Below are positions 22,441 to 33,537 of a DNA stretch of 64,000 bases, piece by piece; within the stretch, counting starts at the first letter, position 1, and every line of letters starts with the position of its first letter. Source of the DNA: Escherichia coli (lineage in GTDB: Bacteria > Pseudomonadota > Gammaproteobacteria > Enterobacterales > Enterobacteriaceae); assembly GCF_003790525.1 (NCBI RefSeq), contig NZ_CP033635.1, one strand, 5' to 3'. The notes under the pieces are model-generated. The model saw nothing but the letters and a program-made list of their open reading frames with translations. It made no database searches and had not been told where the DNA came from. The position numbers and the translations under genes are program-made.

Positions 22441-23895
22441 ATGTATATCGGGATAGATCTTGGCACCTCGGGCGTAAAAGTTATTTTGCTCAATGAGCAG
22501 GGTGAGGTGGTTGCTGCGCAAACGGAAAAGCTGACCGTTTCGCGCCCGCATCCACTCTGGTCGGAACAAGACCCGGAACAGTGGTGGCAGGCAACTGATC
22601 GCGCAATGAAAGCTCTGGGCGTTCAGCATTCTCTGCAAGACGTTAAAGCATTAGGTATTGCCGGACAGATGCACGGTGCAACCTTACTGGATGCCCAGCA
22701 ACGGGTATTACGCCCTGCCATTTTGTGGAACGACGGGCGCTGTGCGCAAGAGTGCACTTTGCTGGAAGCGCGAGTTCCGCAATCACGGGTGATTACCGGT
22801 AACCTGATGATGCCCGGATTTACTGCGCCTAAATTGCTATGGGTTCATCGGCATGAGCCGGAGATATTCCGTCAAATCGATAAAGTATTATTACCGAAAG
22901 ATTACTTGCGTCTGCGTATGACGGGGGAGTTTGCCAGCGATATGTCTGACGCAGCTGGCACTATGTGGCTGGATGTCGCAAAGCGTGACTGGAGCGATCT
23001 CATGCTGCAGGCTTGCCACTTATCTCGTGACCAGATGCCCGCATTATACGAAGGCAGCGAAATTACTGGTGCTTTGCTACCTGAAGTTGCGAAAGCGTGG
23101 GGTATGGCGACGGTGCCAGTTGTCGCAGGCGGTGGCGATAATGCAGCTGGTGCGGTTGGTGTGGGAATGGTTGATGCTAATCAGGCAATGTTATCGCTGG
23201 GGACGTCGGGGGTCTATTTTGCTGTCAGCGAAGGATTCTTAAGCAAGCCAGAAAGCGCCGTACACAGCTTTTGCCATGCGCTCCCGCAGCGTTGGCATTT
23301 AATGTCTGTGATGCTGAGTGCGGCTTCTTGCCTGGATTGGGCCGCAAAATTAACCGGTCTGAGCAATGTTCCAGCTTTAATCGCGGCTGCTCAACAGGCT
23401 GATGAAAGTACCGAGCCTGTCTGGTTTCTGCCTTATCTTTCCGGTGAACGTACGCCACACAACAATCCCCAGGCGAAGGGGGTTTTCTTTGGTTTGACCC
23501 ATCAACATGGTGCTAATGAACTGGCGCGAGCAGTGCTGGAAGGCGTGGGTTATGCGCTGGCAGATGGCATGGATGTCGTACATGCCTGCGGCATTAAACC
23601 GCAAAGTGTTACGCTGATTGGTGGCGGGGCTCGTAGTGAGTACTGGCGTCAGATGCTGGCGGATATCAGCGGTCAGCAGCTCGATTACCGCACAGGGGGA
23701 GATGTGGGGCCAGCACTGGGTGCAGCAAGGCTGGCGCAGATTGCGACGAATCCAGAGAAATCGCTCATTGAATTGTTGCCACAACTACCGTTAGAACAGT
23801 CGCATCTACCAGATGCGCAGCGTTATGCCGCTTATCAGCCACGACGAGAAACGTTCCGTCGCCTCTATCAGCAACTTCTGCCATTAATGGCGTAA
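22441..23895 (+). CDS. xylB: xylulokinase (FGGY family)
   Basis: 484 aa. Confidence 0.95.
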   Translation: MYIGIDLGTSGVKVILLNEQGEVVAAQTEKLTVSRPHPLWSEQDPEQWWQATDRAMKALGVQHSLQDVKALGIAGQMHGATLLDAQQRVLRPAILWNDGRCAQECTLLEARVPQSRVITGNLMMPGFTAPKLLWVHRHEPEIFRQIDKVLLPKDYLRLRMTGEFASDMSDAAGTMWLDVAKRDWSDLMLQACHLSRDQMPALYEGSEITGALLPEVAKAWGMATVPVVAGGGDNAAGAVGVGMVDANQAMLSLGTSGVYFAVSEGFLSKPESAVHSFCHALPQRWHLMSVMLSAASCLDWAAKLTGLSNVPALIAAAQQADESTEPVWFLPYLSGERTPHNNPQAKGVFFGLTHQHGANELARAVLEGVGYALADGMDVVHACGIKPQSVTLIGGGARSEYWRQMLADISGQQLDYRTGGDVGPALGAARLAQIATNPEKSLIELLPQLPLEQSHLPDAQRYAAYQPRRETFRRLYQQLLPLMA

Positions 23896-24063
23896 ACGTT
23901 ATCCCCTGCCTGACCGGGTGGGGGATAATTCACATCTATATATCTCAGTAATTAATTAATATTTAGTATGAATTTATTCTGAAAATCATTTGTTAATGGC
24001 ATTTTTCAGTTTTGTCTTTCGTTGGTTACTCGTAATGTATCGCTGGTAGATATGGAGATCGTT

Positions 24064-24405
24064 ATGAAAACCTCAAAGACTGTGGCAAAACTATTATTTG
24101 TTGTCGGGGCGCTGGTTTATCTGGTTGGGCTATGGATCTCATGCCCATTGTTAAGTGGAAAAGGCTATTTTCTTGGCGTGTTAATGACAGCAACTTTTGG
24201 CAATTATGCATATCTTCGCGCAGAAAAACTCGGGCAACTGGATGATTTTTTTATCCGCGTCTGCCAGTTGCTGGCGTTAATCACTATCGGTCTCTTGTTT
24301 ATCGGTGTTTTAAACGCACCTATCAATGCTTATGAAATGGTGATCTATCCCATCGCCTTTTTTGTCTGCTTGTTTGGTCAAATGCGTTTGTTTCGCTCGG
24401 CATGA
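24064..24405 (+). CDS. yiaB: small inner-membrane protein of the YiaA/YiaB family
   Basis: ATG at 24064 gives 113 aa; two hydrophobic segments; symbol assigned from size and K-12 order. Confidence 0.7.
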   Translation: MKTSKTVAKLLFVVGALVYLVGLWISCPLLSGKGYFLGVLMTATFGNYAYLRAEKLGQLDDFFIRVCQLLALITIGLLFIGVLNAPINAYEMVIYPIAFFVCLFGQMRLFRSA

Positions 24406-24450
24406 GCAACATAAACCTCTTACACATTCAGGAATGAAAGGAATACTGTG

Positions 24451-24888
24451 ATGGACAACAAAATATCAACCTATTCACCGGCATTTAGTATTGTGTCATG
24501 GATAGCTCTCGTTGGTGGTATCGTTACCTATCTGTTAGGACTATGGAATGCAGAGATGCAGTTAAATGAAAAAGGATATTATTTTGCCGTACTGGTATTA
24601 GGACTGTTTTCTGCGGCGTCTTATCAAAAGACCGTTCGGGACAAGTATGAAGGCATACCGACCACCTCCATTTATTATATGACTTGCCTGACGGTCTTTA
24701 TTATCTCTGTTGCGTTATTGCTGGTAGGTCTGTGGAATGCAACGTTATTACTCAGCGAAAAAGGCTTTTATGGGCTGGCTTTCTTCTTAAGCTTGTTTGG
24801 TGCAGTAGCGGTGCAGAAGAATATTCGTGATGCCGGAATAAACCCACCAAAAGAAACACAGGTTACCCAGGAAGAATACAGCGAATAA
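24451..24888 (+). CDS. yiaA: inner-membrane protein of the YiaA/YiaB family (internally duplicated)
   Basis: 145 aa; contains two copies of a GLWN…EKG(Y/F)Y…QK..RD module related to yiaB. Confidence 0.7.
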   Translation: MDNKISTYSPAFSIVSWIALVGGIVTYLLGLWNAEMQLNEKGYYFAVLVLGLFSAASYQKTVRDKYEGIPTTSIYYMTCLTVFIISVALLLVGLWNATLLLSEKGFYGLAFFLSLFGAVAVQKNIRDAGINPPKETQVTQEEYSE

Positions 24889-24929
24889 TTCACATAAGCC
24901 CGGTCAGTCCAATGTGACCGGGCTTTTAT

Positions 24930-25925
24930 TTAACTCACTAGTCTGTTTCTGTCGATTCGTTGTACCAGCATAGAAAGTAACAAACTCGCTGCCAACGTCG
25001 CGCAAAAGATCCAAATAATATCGAGTATTGGCCAGTTTTTAAGCTCAATCCCCCGGGTACGCAGCGCATGGATAATCAATGCATGGAACCCGTATATACC
25101 TAAAGAATGGCGTGATATCAGCCCAAGCCCGGGAACAGTGTGTGTATCCAGCGTGTTTTTAACCAGAGTCAATAGCGTGATTGCGCAGATAAAAACCATC
25201 GGCCCACAGTAAAGATACCAGGTATCGGCAAAATTTCCGCGCCACTGCAATTCATATAATGTCCCGCGAGAGATAATAAATACCCCCGTCGCAAACAGTG
25301 CGGCGCACACCCACGACAGTGCTTTATGCTGTGTGTCCATCATCCCTATAGCGCGGCCCAACATGCCATACAGGATGTAGTAAAAAGTATCGCCATTGAT
25401 ATATAAGTTAATTGGCAGCCATTCAAAACCGTCAATTTTCTGCGGCACTGTGTTTGGGTTAGCGATAATGCCAATCACCACCATTAGCACCAGCAACATT
25501 TTTCCGCCGACGTTCTTCACCTGAATCAGCGGTGAAACCAGATAAATCACCGCAATCGCGAAGAAAAACCACAAGTGGTAAAACACTGGCTTTTGCAGCA
25601 GGTTTTTCAGCGCTAACTCCATATTGATGGAGGTAAACAGCGCAATGTAGAGCAGCGCAACAGTGCTATAAAACAGCAGGCATAAGCCGATGCGCAAGAA
25701 ATGGCGCGGCTGGGCGCTGCGTTCGCCAAAAAAGAGATAGCCGGAAATCATGAAAAATAGCGGCACGCTGACACGAGAGGCAGAATTCAGAACATTGGCG
25801 ATATCCCATGTGACGGGGCTAACACTATGAGCATTGGTCACATACCAGGTAGTGGTGTGAATCATCACCACCATTAAACACGCTATCCCTCGCAGGTTAT
25901 CAATCCAGTAAATTTTGGGCTGCAT
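24930..25925 (-). CDS. wecH: membrane O-acetyltransferase (acyltransferase 3 family; enterobacterial common antigen acetylation)
   Basis: 331 aa polytopic acyltransferase_3 protein. Confidence 0.85.
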   Translation of the reverse strand: MQPKIYWIDNLRGIACLMVVMIHTTTWYVTNAHSVSPVTWDIANVLNSASRVSVPLFFMISGYLFFGERSAQPRHFLRIGLCLLFYSTVALLYIALFTSINMELALKNLLQKPVFYHLWFFFAIAVIYLVSPLIQVKNVGGKMLLVLMVVIGIIANPNTVPQKIDGFEWLPINLYINGDTFYYILYGMLGRAIGMMDTQHKALSWVCAALFATGVFIISRGTLYELQWRGNFADTWYLYCGPMVFICAITLLTLVKNTLDTHTVPGLGLISRHSLGIYGFHALIIHALRTRGIELKNWPILDIIWIFCATLAASLLLSMLVQRIDRNRLVS

Positions 25926-26099
25926 CTGTGTCTCTGTATCTGGTTAAAAAAAGTCTGACCGATAAATCATTCGGTTGGCGCACTGGAATAATCTGAGTTT
26001 TATCACTACAGCTTATAGAGGCTTAAGGAAATTCGTAAGATATCAGCCACTATACCGATATAAATAATAAGACTCACCTGCAAACCAGACGGTAATTTA

Positions 26100-26408
26100 A
26101 TGATGATGAACTCTTTCTTTCCGGCAATGGCGCTTATGGTGCTTATGGCGCTAGTGGGTTGTTCTACACCGCCACCCGTGCAGAAAGCACAACGGGTAAA
26201 GGTTGATCCTCTGCGTTCGTTGAATATGGAAGGGCTATGCAAAGATCAGGCGGCAAAACGCTATAATACAGGTGCGCAAAAAATCGACGTCACCGCATTT
26301 GAACAGTTCCAGGGGAGCTACGAAATGCGCGGTTATACCTTCCGTAAAGAGCAGTTTGTCTGTTCTTTTGACGCAGATGGCCATTTTTTGCATCTTTCCA
26401 TGCGTTAA
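26100..26408 (+). CDS. ysaB: small lipoprotein
   Basis: about 100 aa with lipobox LVGC; position upstream of glyQ. Confidence 0.7.
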   Translation: MMMNSFFPAMALMVLMALVGCSTPPPVQKAQRVKVDPLRSLNMEGLCKDQAAKRYNTGAQKIDVTAFEQFQGSYEMRGYTFRKEQFVCSFDADGHFLHLSMR

Positions 26409-26502
26409 GCCCTGCTTTTTCCCGTTTCGTACTGTATATCTTCCATCCAGCGGGTATACTGATCCCTTCCTTTAAATCCACACGTATCCAGCACGAAATA
26501 AT

Positions 26503-27414
26503 ATGCAAAAGTTTGATACCAGGACCTTCCAGGGCTTGATCCTGACCTTACAGGATTACTGGGCTCGCCAGGGCTGCACCATTGTTCAACCATTGGACAT
26601 GGAAGTCGGCGCGGGAACCTCTCACCCAATGACCTGTCTGCGCGCGCTGGGGCCAGAACCGATGGCGGCTGCTTATGTTCAGCCTTCTCGTCGCCCGACC
26701 GATGGTCGCTACGGCGAAAACCCCAACCGTTTACAGCACTACTATCAGTTCCAGGTGGTCATTAAGCCATCGCCGGACAATATTCAGGAGCTGTACCTTG
26801 GTTCTCTGAAAGAGCTGGGCATGGACCCGACCATCCACGACATCCGTTTCGTGGAAGATAACTGGGAAAACCCGACGCTGGGTGCCTGGGGGCTGGGCTG
26901 GGAAGTGTGGCTGAACGGCATGGAAGTGACGCAGTTCACTTACTTCCAGCAGGTTGGTGGTCTGGAGTGTAAACCGGTTACCGGCGAGATCACCTACGGT
27001 CTGGAACGTCTGGCAATGTACATTCAGGGCGTAGACAGCGTTTACGACCTGGTCTGGAGCGACGGCCCGCTGGGTAAAACCACCTACGGCGACGTGTTCC
27101 ATCAGAACGAAGTGGAGCAGTCCACTTACAACTTCGAATACGCGGATGTGGATTTCCTGTTCACCTGCTTTGAGCAGTACGAGAAAGAAGCGCAGCAGCT
27201 GCTGGCGCTGGAAAATCCGCTGCCGCTGCCAGCCTACGAGCGTATTCTGAAAGCCGCCCACAGCTTCAACCTGCTGGATGCGCGTAAAGCCATCTCCGTC
27301 ACCGAGCGTCAGCGCTATATTCTGCGCATTCGCACCCTGACCAAAGCAGTGGCAGAAGCATACTACGCTTCCCGTGAAGCCCTCGGCTTCCCGATGTGCA
27401 ACAAAGATAAGTAA
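26503..27414 (+). CDS. glyQ: glycyl-tRNA synthetase alpha subunit
   Basis: 303 aa. Confidence 0.96.
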
Positions 27415-27423
27415 GAGGCGGCT

Positions 27424-29493
27424 ATGTCTGAGAAAACTTTTCTGGTGGAAATCGGCACTGAAGAGCTGCCACCAAAAGCACTGCGCAGCCTGGCTGAGTC
27501 CTTTGCTGCGAACTTTACTGCGGAGCTGGATAACGCTGGCCTCGCACACGGCACCGTTCAATGGTTTGCTGCTCCGCGTCGTCTGGCGCTGAAAGTGGCT
27601 AACCTGGCGGAAGCGCAACCGGATCGTGAAATCGAAAAACGCGGCCCGGCAATTGCCCAGGCGTTCGACGCTGAAGGCAAACCGAGCAAAGCGGCAGAAG
27701 GTTGGGCGCGTGGTTGCGGTATTACCGTTGACCAGGCTGAGCGTCTGACTACCGATAAAGGCGAATGGCTGCTGTATCGCGCCCATGTGAAGGGCGAAAG
27801 CACCGAAGCACTGCTGCCGAATATGGTTGCGACTTCGCTGGCGAAACTGCCGATCCCGAAACTGATGCGTTGGGGCGCAAGCGACGTGCACTTCGTGCGT
27901 CCGGTTCACACCGTGACCCTGCTGCTGGGCGACAAAGTTATTCCGGCTACCATTCTGGGTATTCAGTCCGATCGCGTGATTCGCGGTCACCGCTTTATGG
28001 GCGAGTCGGAATTCACTATCGACAATGCCGATCAGTATCCGGAAATTCTGCGTGAGCGCGGGAAAGTCATCGCCGATTACGAAGAACGTAAGGCGAAGAT
28101 TAAAGCCGATGCCGAAGAAGCGGCGCGTAAGATTGGCGGTAACGCTGACTTAAGCGAAAGCCTGTTGGAAGAAGTCGCTTCGCTGGTGGAATGGCCGGTT
28201 GTGCTGACCGCAAAATTCGAAGAGAAATTCCTCGCGGTGCCGTCTGAAGCGCTGGTTTACACCATGAAAGGTGACCAGAAATACTTCCCGGTGTATGCGA
28301 ACGACGGCAAACTGCTGCCGAACTTTATCTTCGTTGCCAATATCGAATCGAAAGATCCGCAGCAAATTATCTCTGGTAACGAGAAAGTCGTTCGTCCACG
28401 TCTGGCGGATGCCGAGTTCTTCTTCAACACCGACCGTAAAAAACGTCTGGAAGATAACCTGCCGCGCCTGCAAACCGTGTTGTTCCAGCAACAGCTGGGT
28501 ACACTGCGCGACAAAACTGACCGCATCCAGGCGCTGGCTGGCTGGATTGCTGAACAGATTGGCGCTGACGTTAACCACGCAACCCGTGCGGGCCTGCTGT
28601 CCAAGTGCGACCTGATGACCAACATGGTCTTCGAGTTCACCGACACCCAGGGCGTTATGGGGATGCACTACGCGCGTCACGATGGCGAAGCGGAAGATGT
28701 TGCCGTGGCGCTGAACGAGCAGTATCAGCCGCGCTTTGCCGGTGATGACCTGCCGTCTAACCCGGTAGCCTGTGCGCTGGCGATTGCTGACAAGATGGAT
28801 ACTCTGGCGGGTATCTTCGGTATCGGCCAGCATCCGAAAGGCGACAAAGACCCGTTTGCGTTGCGTCGTGCCGCACTTGGCGTGCTGCGTATTATCGTTG
28901 AGAAGAACCTCAATCTTGACCTGCAAACCCTGACCGAAGAAGCAGTGCGTCTGTATGGCGATAAGCTGACTAATGCCAACGTGGTTGATGATGTTATCGA
29001 CTTTATGCTCGGTCGCTTCCGCGCCTGGTATCAGGACGAAGGTTACACCGTTGACACCATCCAGGCGGTACTGGCGCGTCGTCCGACTCGTCCGGCTGAT
29101 TTCGATGCCCGAATGAAAGCGGTATCGCACTTCCGTACCCTGGATGCAGCTGCAGCACTGGCGGCGGCGAACAAGCGTGTATCTAACATTCTGGCGAAAT
29201 CTGACGAAGTGCTGAGCGACCGCGTGAATGCCTCTACTCTGAAAGAGCCGGAAGAAATTAAACTGGCGATGCAGGTTGTGGTGCTACGTGACAAGCTAGA
29301 GCCGTACTTTGCTGAAGGTCGTTACCAGGATGCGCTGGTCGAACTGGCTGAGCTGCGTGAACCGGTTGATGCCTTCTTCGATAAAGTGATGGTCATGGTT
29401 GATGACAAAGAATTGCGAATCAACCGTCTTACCATGCTGGAGAAACTGCGCGAATTATTCCTGCGAGTTGCGGATATTTCGCTGTTGCAGTAA
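27424..29493 (+). CDS. glyS: glycyl-tRNA synthetase beta subunit
   Basis: 689 aa. Confidence 0.96.
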   Translation: MSEKTFLVEIGTEELPPKALRSLAESFAANFTAELDNAGLAHGTVQWFAAPRRLALKVANLAEAQPDREIEKRGPAIAQAFDAEGKPSKAAEGWARGCGITVDQAERLTTDKGEWLLYRAHVKGESTEALLPNMVATSLAKLPIPKLMRWGASDVHFVRPVHTVTLLLGDKVIPATILGIQSDRVIRGHRFMGESEFTIDNADQYPEILRERGKVIADYEERKAKIKADAEEAARKIGGNADLSESLLEEVASLVEWPVVLTAKFEEKFLAVPSEALVYTMKGDQKYFPVYANDGKLLPNFIFVANIESKDPQQIISGNEKVVRPRLADAEFFFNTDRKKRLEDNLPRLQTVLFQQQLGTLRDKTDRIQALAGWIAEQIGADVNHATRAGLLSKCDLMTNMVFEFTDTQGVMGMHYARHDGEAEDVAVALNEQYQPRFAGDDLPSNPVACALAIADKMDTLAGIFGIGQHPKGDKDPFALRRAALGVLRIIVEKNLNLDLQTLTEEAVRLYGDKLTNANVVDDVIDFMLGRFRAWYQDEGYTVDTIQAVLARRPTRPADFDARMKAVSHFRTLDAAAALAAANKRVSNILAKSDEVLSDRVNASTLKEPEEIKLAMQVVVLRDKLEPYFAEGRYQDALVELAELREPVDAFFDKVMVMVDDKELRINRLTMLEKLRELFLRVADISLLQ

Positions 29494-29506
29494 TAACGTC
29501 GTTATT

Positions 29507-29536
29507 AAAAAGCCTGCCATCTGGCAGGCTTTTTTA
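29507..29536 (+). terminator. rho-independent terminator of glyQS
   Basis: agcctgcc-atct-ggcaggct followed by ttttttat. Confidence 0.8.
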
Positions 29537-29770
29537 TCGCTAAATAATAGAGCAACCTTTAATAATCTTCTGCTGAATAAAGATTGTCTCATATATTAAT
29601 TTTATGAGATTTTTTTAGGATTATATCAAGGAGAAGAAACGAACTTATTAAGCTAGAATAGCTGCGGGTGCTTGAGACTGTTTGTCTCAGGTATTCACCG
29701 AAAGGCAGACAGAGAAAAGCCCCACCTGACTATAAATCAAAGTGTGTACTGACCCCAGAAAGTTGGACAG

Positions 29771-30622
29771 TTAAACACGAGGCATATAGGTCTGATTCCG
29801 ATATTCAATTGGAGTCAGACCTTTTAATTTCAGGCTAATTCTTCTGCTGTTGTAGTATTCAATATATTCCGTAACAGCATCCTTCAGCTCGCTTATATTA
29901 CTGAACTCATCAAGATAAAAACACTCCGACTTTAAGGTTCCAAAGAAACACTCCACCACAGCATTATCCAGACAATTGCCTTTTCTGGACATGCTTTGTT
30001 TAATACCATGTTCTTTAAGGATATTTTGATATCTTCTCATACGATACTGCCATCCCTGGTCAGAGTGCAGAACAGGATGCTCGTGAGGATTAAGCTTTTT
30101 GAATGCCTGATCGAGCATATTCTCGACCATGTTCATCACTGGTCTTTCCGAAAGGCTGTAAGAAATAACTTCGTTGTTGAAGAGATCTATTACTGGAGAC
30201 AAATACAGCTTGCGCCCATTGACTGCAAATTCAGTAACATCGGTAACCCACTTCTCGTTTGGCCGCGTAGCCTTGAAATCTCTTTGGAGAACATTGGGGG
30301 CGGTTTGCCCTACCTCTCCTCTGTAAGAGCGGTATCGCTTGACCTTAATCGCTGCCTTCAGTGAGAGGATTCCCATCAGGCGCTGAACAGCTTTATGGTT
30401 AATCTGTTTCCCTTCTCGATGAAGAGACAGCGTTACCCTACGGTATCCGTATCGGCCTCTATTCTCATGATAAATCTCACCAATACGCTTTTTAACGTCC
30501 GCATACTTGTCAGGCTTGCTGAGAGCCTTTAGATGGTAATAAAACGTACTGCGCGGTATCTCCGCAGCCCTGAGAAGCTCATCAAGAGGATAAAACTGCC
30601 TTAGCTCGTTGAGTACTTTCAC
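29771..30622 (-). CDS. insK: IS150 transposase OrfB (DDE catalytic domain)
   Basis: 283 aa. Confidence 0.92.
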   Translation of the reverse strand: MKVLNELRQFYPLDELLRAAEIPRSTFYYHLKALSKPDKYADVKKRIGEIYHENRGRYGYRRVTLSLHREGKQINHKAVQRLMGILSLKAAIKVKRYRSYRGEVGQTAPNVLQRDFKATRPNEKWVTDVTEFAVNGRKLYLSPVIDLFNNEVISYSLSERPVMNMVENMLDQAFKKLNPHEHPVLHSDQGWQYRMRRYQNILKEHGIKQSMSRKGNCLDNAVVECFFGTLKSECFYLDEFSNISELKDAVTEYIEYYNSRRISLKLKGLTPIEYRNQTYMPRV

Positions 30623-31140
30623 TTTTTCGTGGGATGAGCTAAGGCTTTCAGCTTTTTTAGATACACAAGCCGCGTTTCAAGAAATCGAACTTGCCTTTCA
30701 AGATCCTCAATGCGTCGGTCTTTTGACAGCTCCAATGCTGATGCCGCTTTTTCTGGATCAACTGATATTGCAATGTTTCTTTTGGTGCCAATCTTGAGCG
30801 CGCGTAAACCAGCTTCTCCGCGCTCTTCATAAACCTTCAGCCACCTGGCTACAGAACCACTACCAGCAAGCATAAAGTGAGCAGCAGCCTGATTAAGAGA
30901 CATGTGCTGCTCGATCACAGCTTTCACGACCTTAATACGCAACTCAGGATCAGCACTAACACCTTTAGGTTTGGGAATTAAACCTTTTTCTCCATGTTTT
31001 TCATAGAGGGCAACCCATGTCCTGACCTGGGTTCGGGGGACACCAAAACGTGCCGAGATGATCCTGTAACCATCATCAGTAGTGAAGTAGTGATTCACGA
31101 CTTCAAGGCGCTTTTCAAAAGGGTATTTTGGCTTTGACAT
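30619..31140 (-). CDS. insJ: IS150 OrfA (HTH DNA-binding)
   Basis: 173 aa; overlaps insK as in IS3-family elements. Confidence 0.92.
   Translation of the reverse strand: MSKPKYPFEKRLEVVNHYFTTDDGYRIISARFGVPRTQVRTWVALYEKHGEKGLIPKPKGVSADPELRIKVVKAVIEQHMSLNQAAAHFMLAGSGSVARWLKVYEERGEAGLRALKIGTKRNIAISVDPEKAASALELSKDRRIEDLERQVRFLETRLVYLKKLKALAHPTKK
30652..30658 (-). promoter_or_regulatory. A-AAA-AAG slippery heptamer for the programmed -1 frameshift producing the InsJK fusion transposase
   Basis: reverse complement of cttttttag at 30652..30660 reads ctaAAAAAG, near the 3' end of insJ. Confidence 0.6.
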
Positions 31141-31219
31141 ATCAGGGGCTATTCCATTTCATCGTCCAACAAAATGGGTGCAGTACATACTCGTTGGAAA
31201 TCAACACAGGAGGCTGGGA

Positions 31220-31372
31220 ATGCCGCAGAAATATAGATTACTTTCTTTAATAGTGATTTGTTTCACGCTTTTATTTTTCACCTGGATGATAAGAGATTCA
31301 CTGTGTGAATTGCATATTAAACAGGGGAGTTATGAGCTGGCGGCGTTTTTAGCCTGCAAATTGAAAGAGTAA
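31220..31372 (+). CDS. hokA: Hok-family type I toxin; locus disrupted because IS150 lies 32 bp upstream
   Basis: 50 aa MPQKYRLLSLIVICFTLLFFTWMIRDSLCELHIKQGSYELAAFLACKLKE; hok-like mRNA 5' sequence (gtgcttgagactgtttgtctcag) is found on the far side of IS150 near 29675. Confidence 0.85.
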   Translation: MPQKYRLLSLIVICFTLLFFTWMIRDSLCELHIKQGSYELAAFLACKLKE

Positions 31373-31505
31373 GCGTCTTCGGCGGGAAGTTATTCCCGCC
31401 TTTCTTACGGCGTTGCGCATTCTCATTGCACCCAAATTTATTCTTCACAAAAATAATAATAGATTTTATTACGCGAACGATTATTTATTTCCTGAATAAA
31501 CAAAT

Positions 31506-31536
31506 AAAAAAATCCCCGCCATTTGGCAGGGATCTT
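31506..31536 (-). terminator. rho-independent terminator of cspA
   Basis: minus-strand hairpin atccctgcc-aaat-ggcggggat followed by T-tract. Confidence 0.7.
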
Positions 31537-31560
31537 AGATTCTGTGCTTTTAAGCAGAGA

Positions 31561-31773
31561 TTACAGGCTGGTTACGTTACCAGCTGCCGGGCCTTTAGCG
31601 CCGCTTTCGATGGTGAAGGACACTTTCTGACCTTCGTCCAGAGATTTGTAACCATCGTTCTGGATAGCAGAGAAGTGTACGAACACGTCTTTAGAGCCAT
31701 CGTCAGGAGTGATGAAGCCGAAGCCTTTGTCAGCGTTGAACCATTTTACGATACCAGTCATTTTACCGGACAT
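31561..31773 (-). CDS. cspA: major cold-shock protein CspA
   Basis: 70 aa [70 protein letters not shown]. Confidence 0.98.
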
Positions 31774-31932
31774 AGTGTATTACCTTTAATAATTAAGTGT
31801 GCCTTTCGGCGATATGGCGTGCTTTACAGATTTTGAAGCGTTAAAGGAATGTGCACTACGAGGGGTATCAACGATAACTCTTGAAGGGACTTGCCTTACT
31901 ACACTGCTTTAATGGTCTGTACGTCAAACCGT
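31774..31932 (-). promoter_or_regulatory. cspA long 5' untranslated leader (cold-responsive RNA thermosensor region)
   Basis: about 160 nt between the expected promoter and the cspA start codon; boundaries approximate. Confidence 0.55.
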
Positions 31933-32053
31933 TGATGTGCATTAAGCCACGCATTGGCGGGTGATGCAACAATTATTTTTCATATTTATGATTAATCGGT
32001 TGGAAAACGGTCCTGTCATCAGGACCGTAAACAGCAATAAAGTGGATAAAAGT

Positions 32054-32344
32054 CTATTCCATCAACTGCTTACTTAATGCCGGGTTGGCTTGAATCAAAC
32101 GCATCAATTTTAGTTCGGCACTTGAAGGCTTCACGCGTCTGGATTCCCATTCCTTTACCATGGCGACTGATACGCCCAAAACCCGGGCGAAATCATCGAT
32201 TTTTAACCCTGTCCCTTTTCGTAACTGCTCAATTTCGGTACAGGACGTTGTTCTGTGCGTCAGGGTAATTTTCTGCGTTTCATCTTTAAAAACAATCTGT
32301 TCCAGGCTGCTCAACAGCTCATGCATTGGATCTTTATATTCCAT
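32054..32344 (-). CDS. yiaG: HTH (XRE/Cro-type) domain protein
   Basis: 96 aa. Confidence 0.85.
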   Translation of the reverse strand: MEYKDPMHELLSSLEQIVFKDETQKITLTHRTTSCTEIEQLRKGTGLKIDDFARVLGVSVAMVKEWESRRVKPSSAELKLMRLIQANPALSKQLME

Positions 32345-32777
32345 TGAAAACTCCTCAAATCACACTGCGGGATCGTGAATTGCATCGAAGCTCATTAAGA
32401 ATAGTCGGGAAAAACAGACACAGCGGGGTGTAGTCAGGGCATGCTCTGGCTATGATTCGATTCAGCCAGTCATTTAGCGTGACTTATAGCCACCTAACGA
32501 TCTGATAAATGCCGATATATCTCTTACCACTCCCGGTTTGTAAAGATTTCGAAAATCTAACGTTCTGAGAAGGCGTAAATCTCTGGCTACAAAAAAAGCA
32601 ACGGCACTATCATTTTTTAACAATGAAACAACAAATTAACCTTGTTTCATTTTCTCCATGATTTTACCAGGAAGATTACGTAGAAAGGGTATCCTGCAAG
32701 CCTGTCCTGGACTATCCTTGTCACGTCAGACACGCGTGTGTCGTTGTGCGCTTTTTTTGGGTGAAAGGAGTAAGAAA

Positions 32778-33488
32778 ATGGCGACAGGAAAGTCCTGCTC
32801 TCGCTGGTTTGCGCCTCTTGCGGCGTTATTAATGGTAGTTAGCCTGAGTGGGTGTTTTGATAAAGAAGGCGATCAGCGTAAAGCGTTTATCGACTTCCTG
32901 CAGAATACAGTGATGCGTAGCGGTGAACGTCTACCAACCCTGACTGCCGATCAGAAAAAACAGTTTGGTCCTTTTGTCTCTGATTACGCGATTCTGTATG
33001 GTTATTCTCAGCAGGTGAATCAGGCGATGGATTCCGGTCTGCGCCCGGTTGTAGACAGCGTTAACGCAATTCGCGTACCGCAGGATTACGTTACGCAAAG
33101 CGGCCCACTGCGTGAAATGAACGGTTCTCTGGGTGTGCTGGCGCAACAGCTGCAAAATGCGAAGTTGCAGGCCGATGCTGCACACTCTGCGCTAAAACAG
33201 AGCGATGACCTGAAACCGGTTTTCGATCAGGCATTCACCAAAGTGGTAACGACGCCAGCTGATGCATTGCAACCGTTGATTCCGGCGGCACAAACTTTCA
33301 CGCAACAACTGGTGATGGTTGGAGACTACATTGCTCAGCAAGGTACTCAGGTGAGCTTTGTCGCAAATGGCATCCAGTTCCCGACGTCACAGCAGGCAAG
33401 TGAATATAACAAACTGATTGCGCCATTACCGGCACAGCATCAGGCGTTTAATCAGGCCTGGACTACAGCAGTTACTGCAACCCAATAA
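32778..33488 (+). CDS. yiaF: lipoprotein (DUF3053)
   Basis: ATG at 32778 gives 236 aa starting MATGKSCSRWFAPLAALLMVVSLSGC (lipobox). Confidence 0.85.
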   Translation: MATGKSCSRWFAPLAALLMVVSLSGCFDKEGDQRKAFIDFLQNTVMRSGERLPTLTADQKKQFGPFVSDYAILYGYSQQVNQAMDSGLRPVVDSVNAIRVPQDYVTQSGPLREMNGSLGVLAQQLQNAKLQADAAHSALKQSDDLKPVFDQAFTKVVTTPADALQPLIPAAQTFTQQLVMVGDYIAQQGTQVSFVANGIQFPTSQQASEYNKLIAPLPAQHQAFNQAWTTAVTATQ

Positions 33489-33492
33489 AGAG

Positions 33493-33522
33493 TAAAAGCC
33501 CGAGCGATTATCGGGCTTTACT
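33493..33522. terminator. bidirectional terminator between convergent yiaF and ghrB
   Basis: aaagcccga-gcgattat-tcgggcttt flanked by A-run and T-run. Confidence 0.7.
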
Positions 33523-33537
33523 CCACGCAGTCGCGGC

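Larger units (their letters stand above)
29745..31187 (-). mobile_element. IS150 (IS3 family) insertion sequence, 1443 bp
   Basis: terminal inverted repeats tgtactgacccc… (29745) and …ggtgcagtaca (31187); encloses insJ/insK. Confidence 0.92.

Noticed and set aside
26731-27990. 419-aa minus-strand ORF antisense to glyQ/glyS
   Set aside because: It lies entirely inside highly conserved aminoacyl-tRNA synthetase genes; it is arginine- and glutamine-rich with low complexity, typical of a stop-free antisense frame of a codon-biased gene.
28150-29130. 326-aa minus-strand ORF antisense to glyS
   Set aside because: Antisense artefact inside glyS with no independent start or RBS context.
31426-31836. 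136-aa plus-strand ORF overlapping cspA
   Set aside because: Antisense to cspA and its leader; cspA identity is unambiguous.
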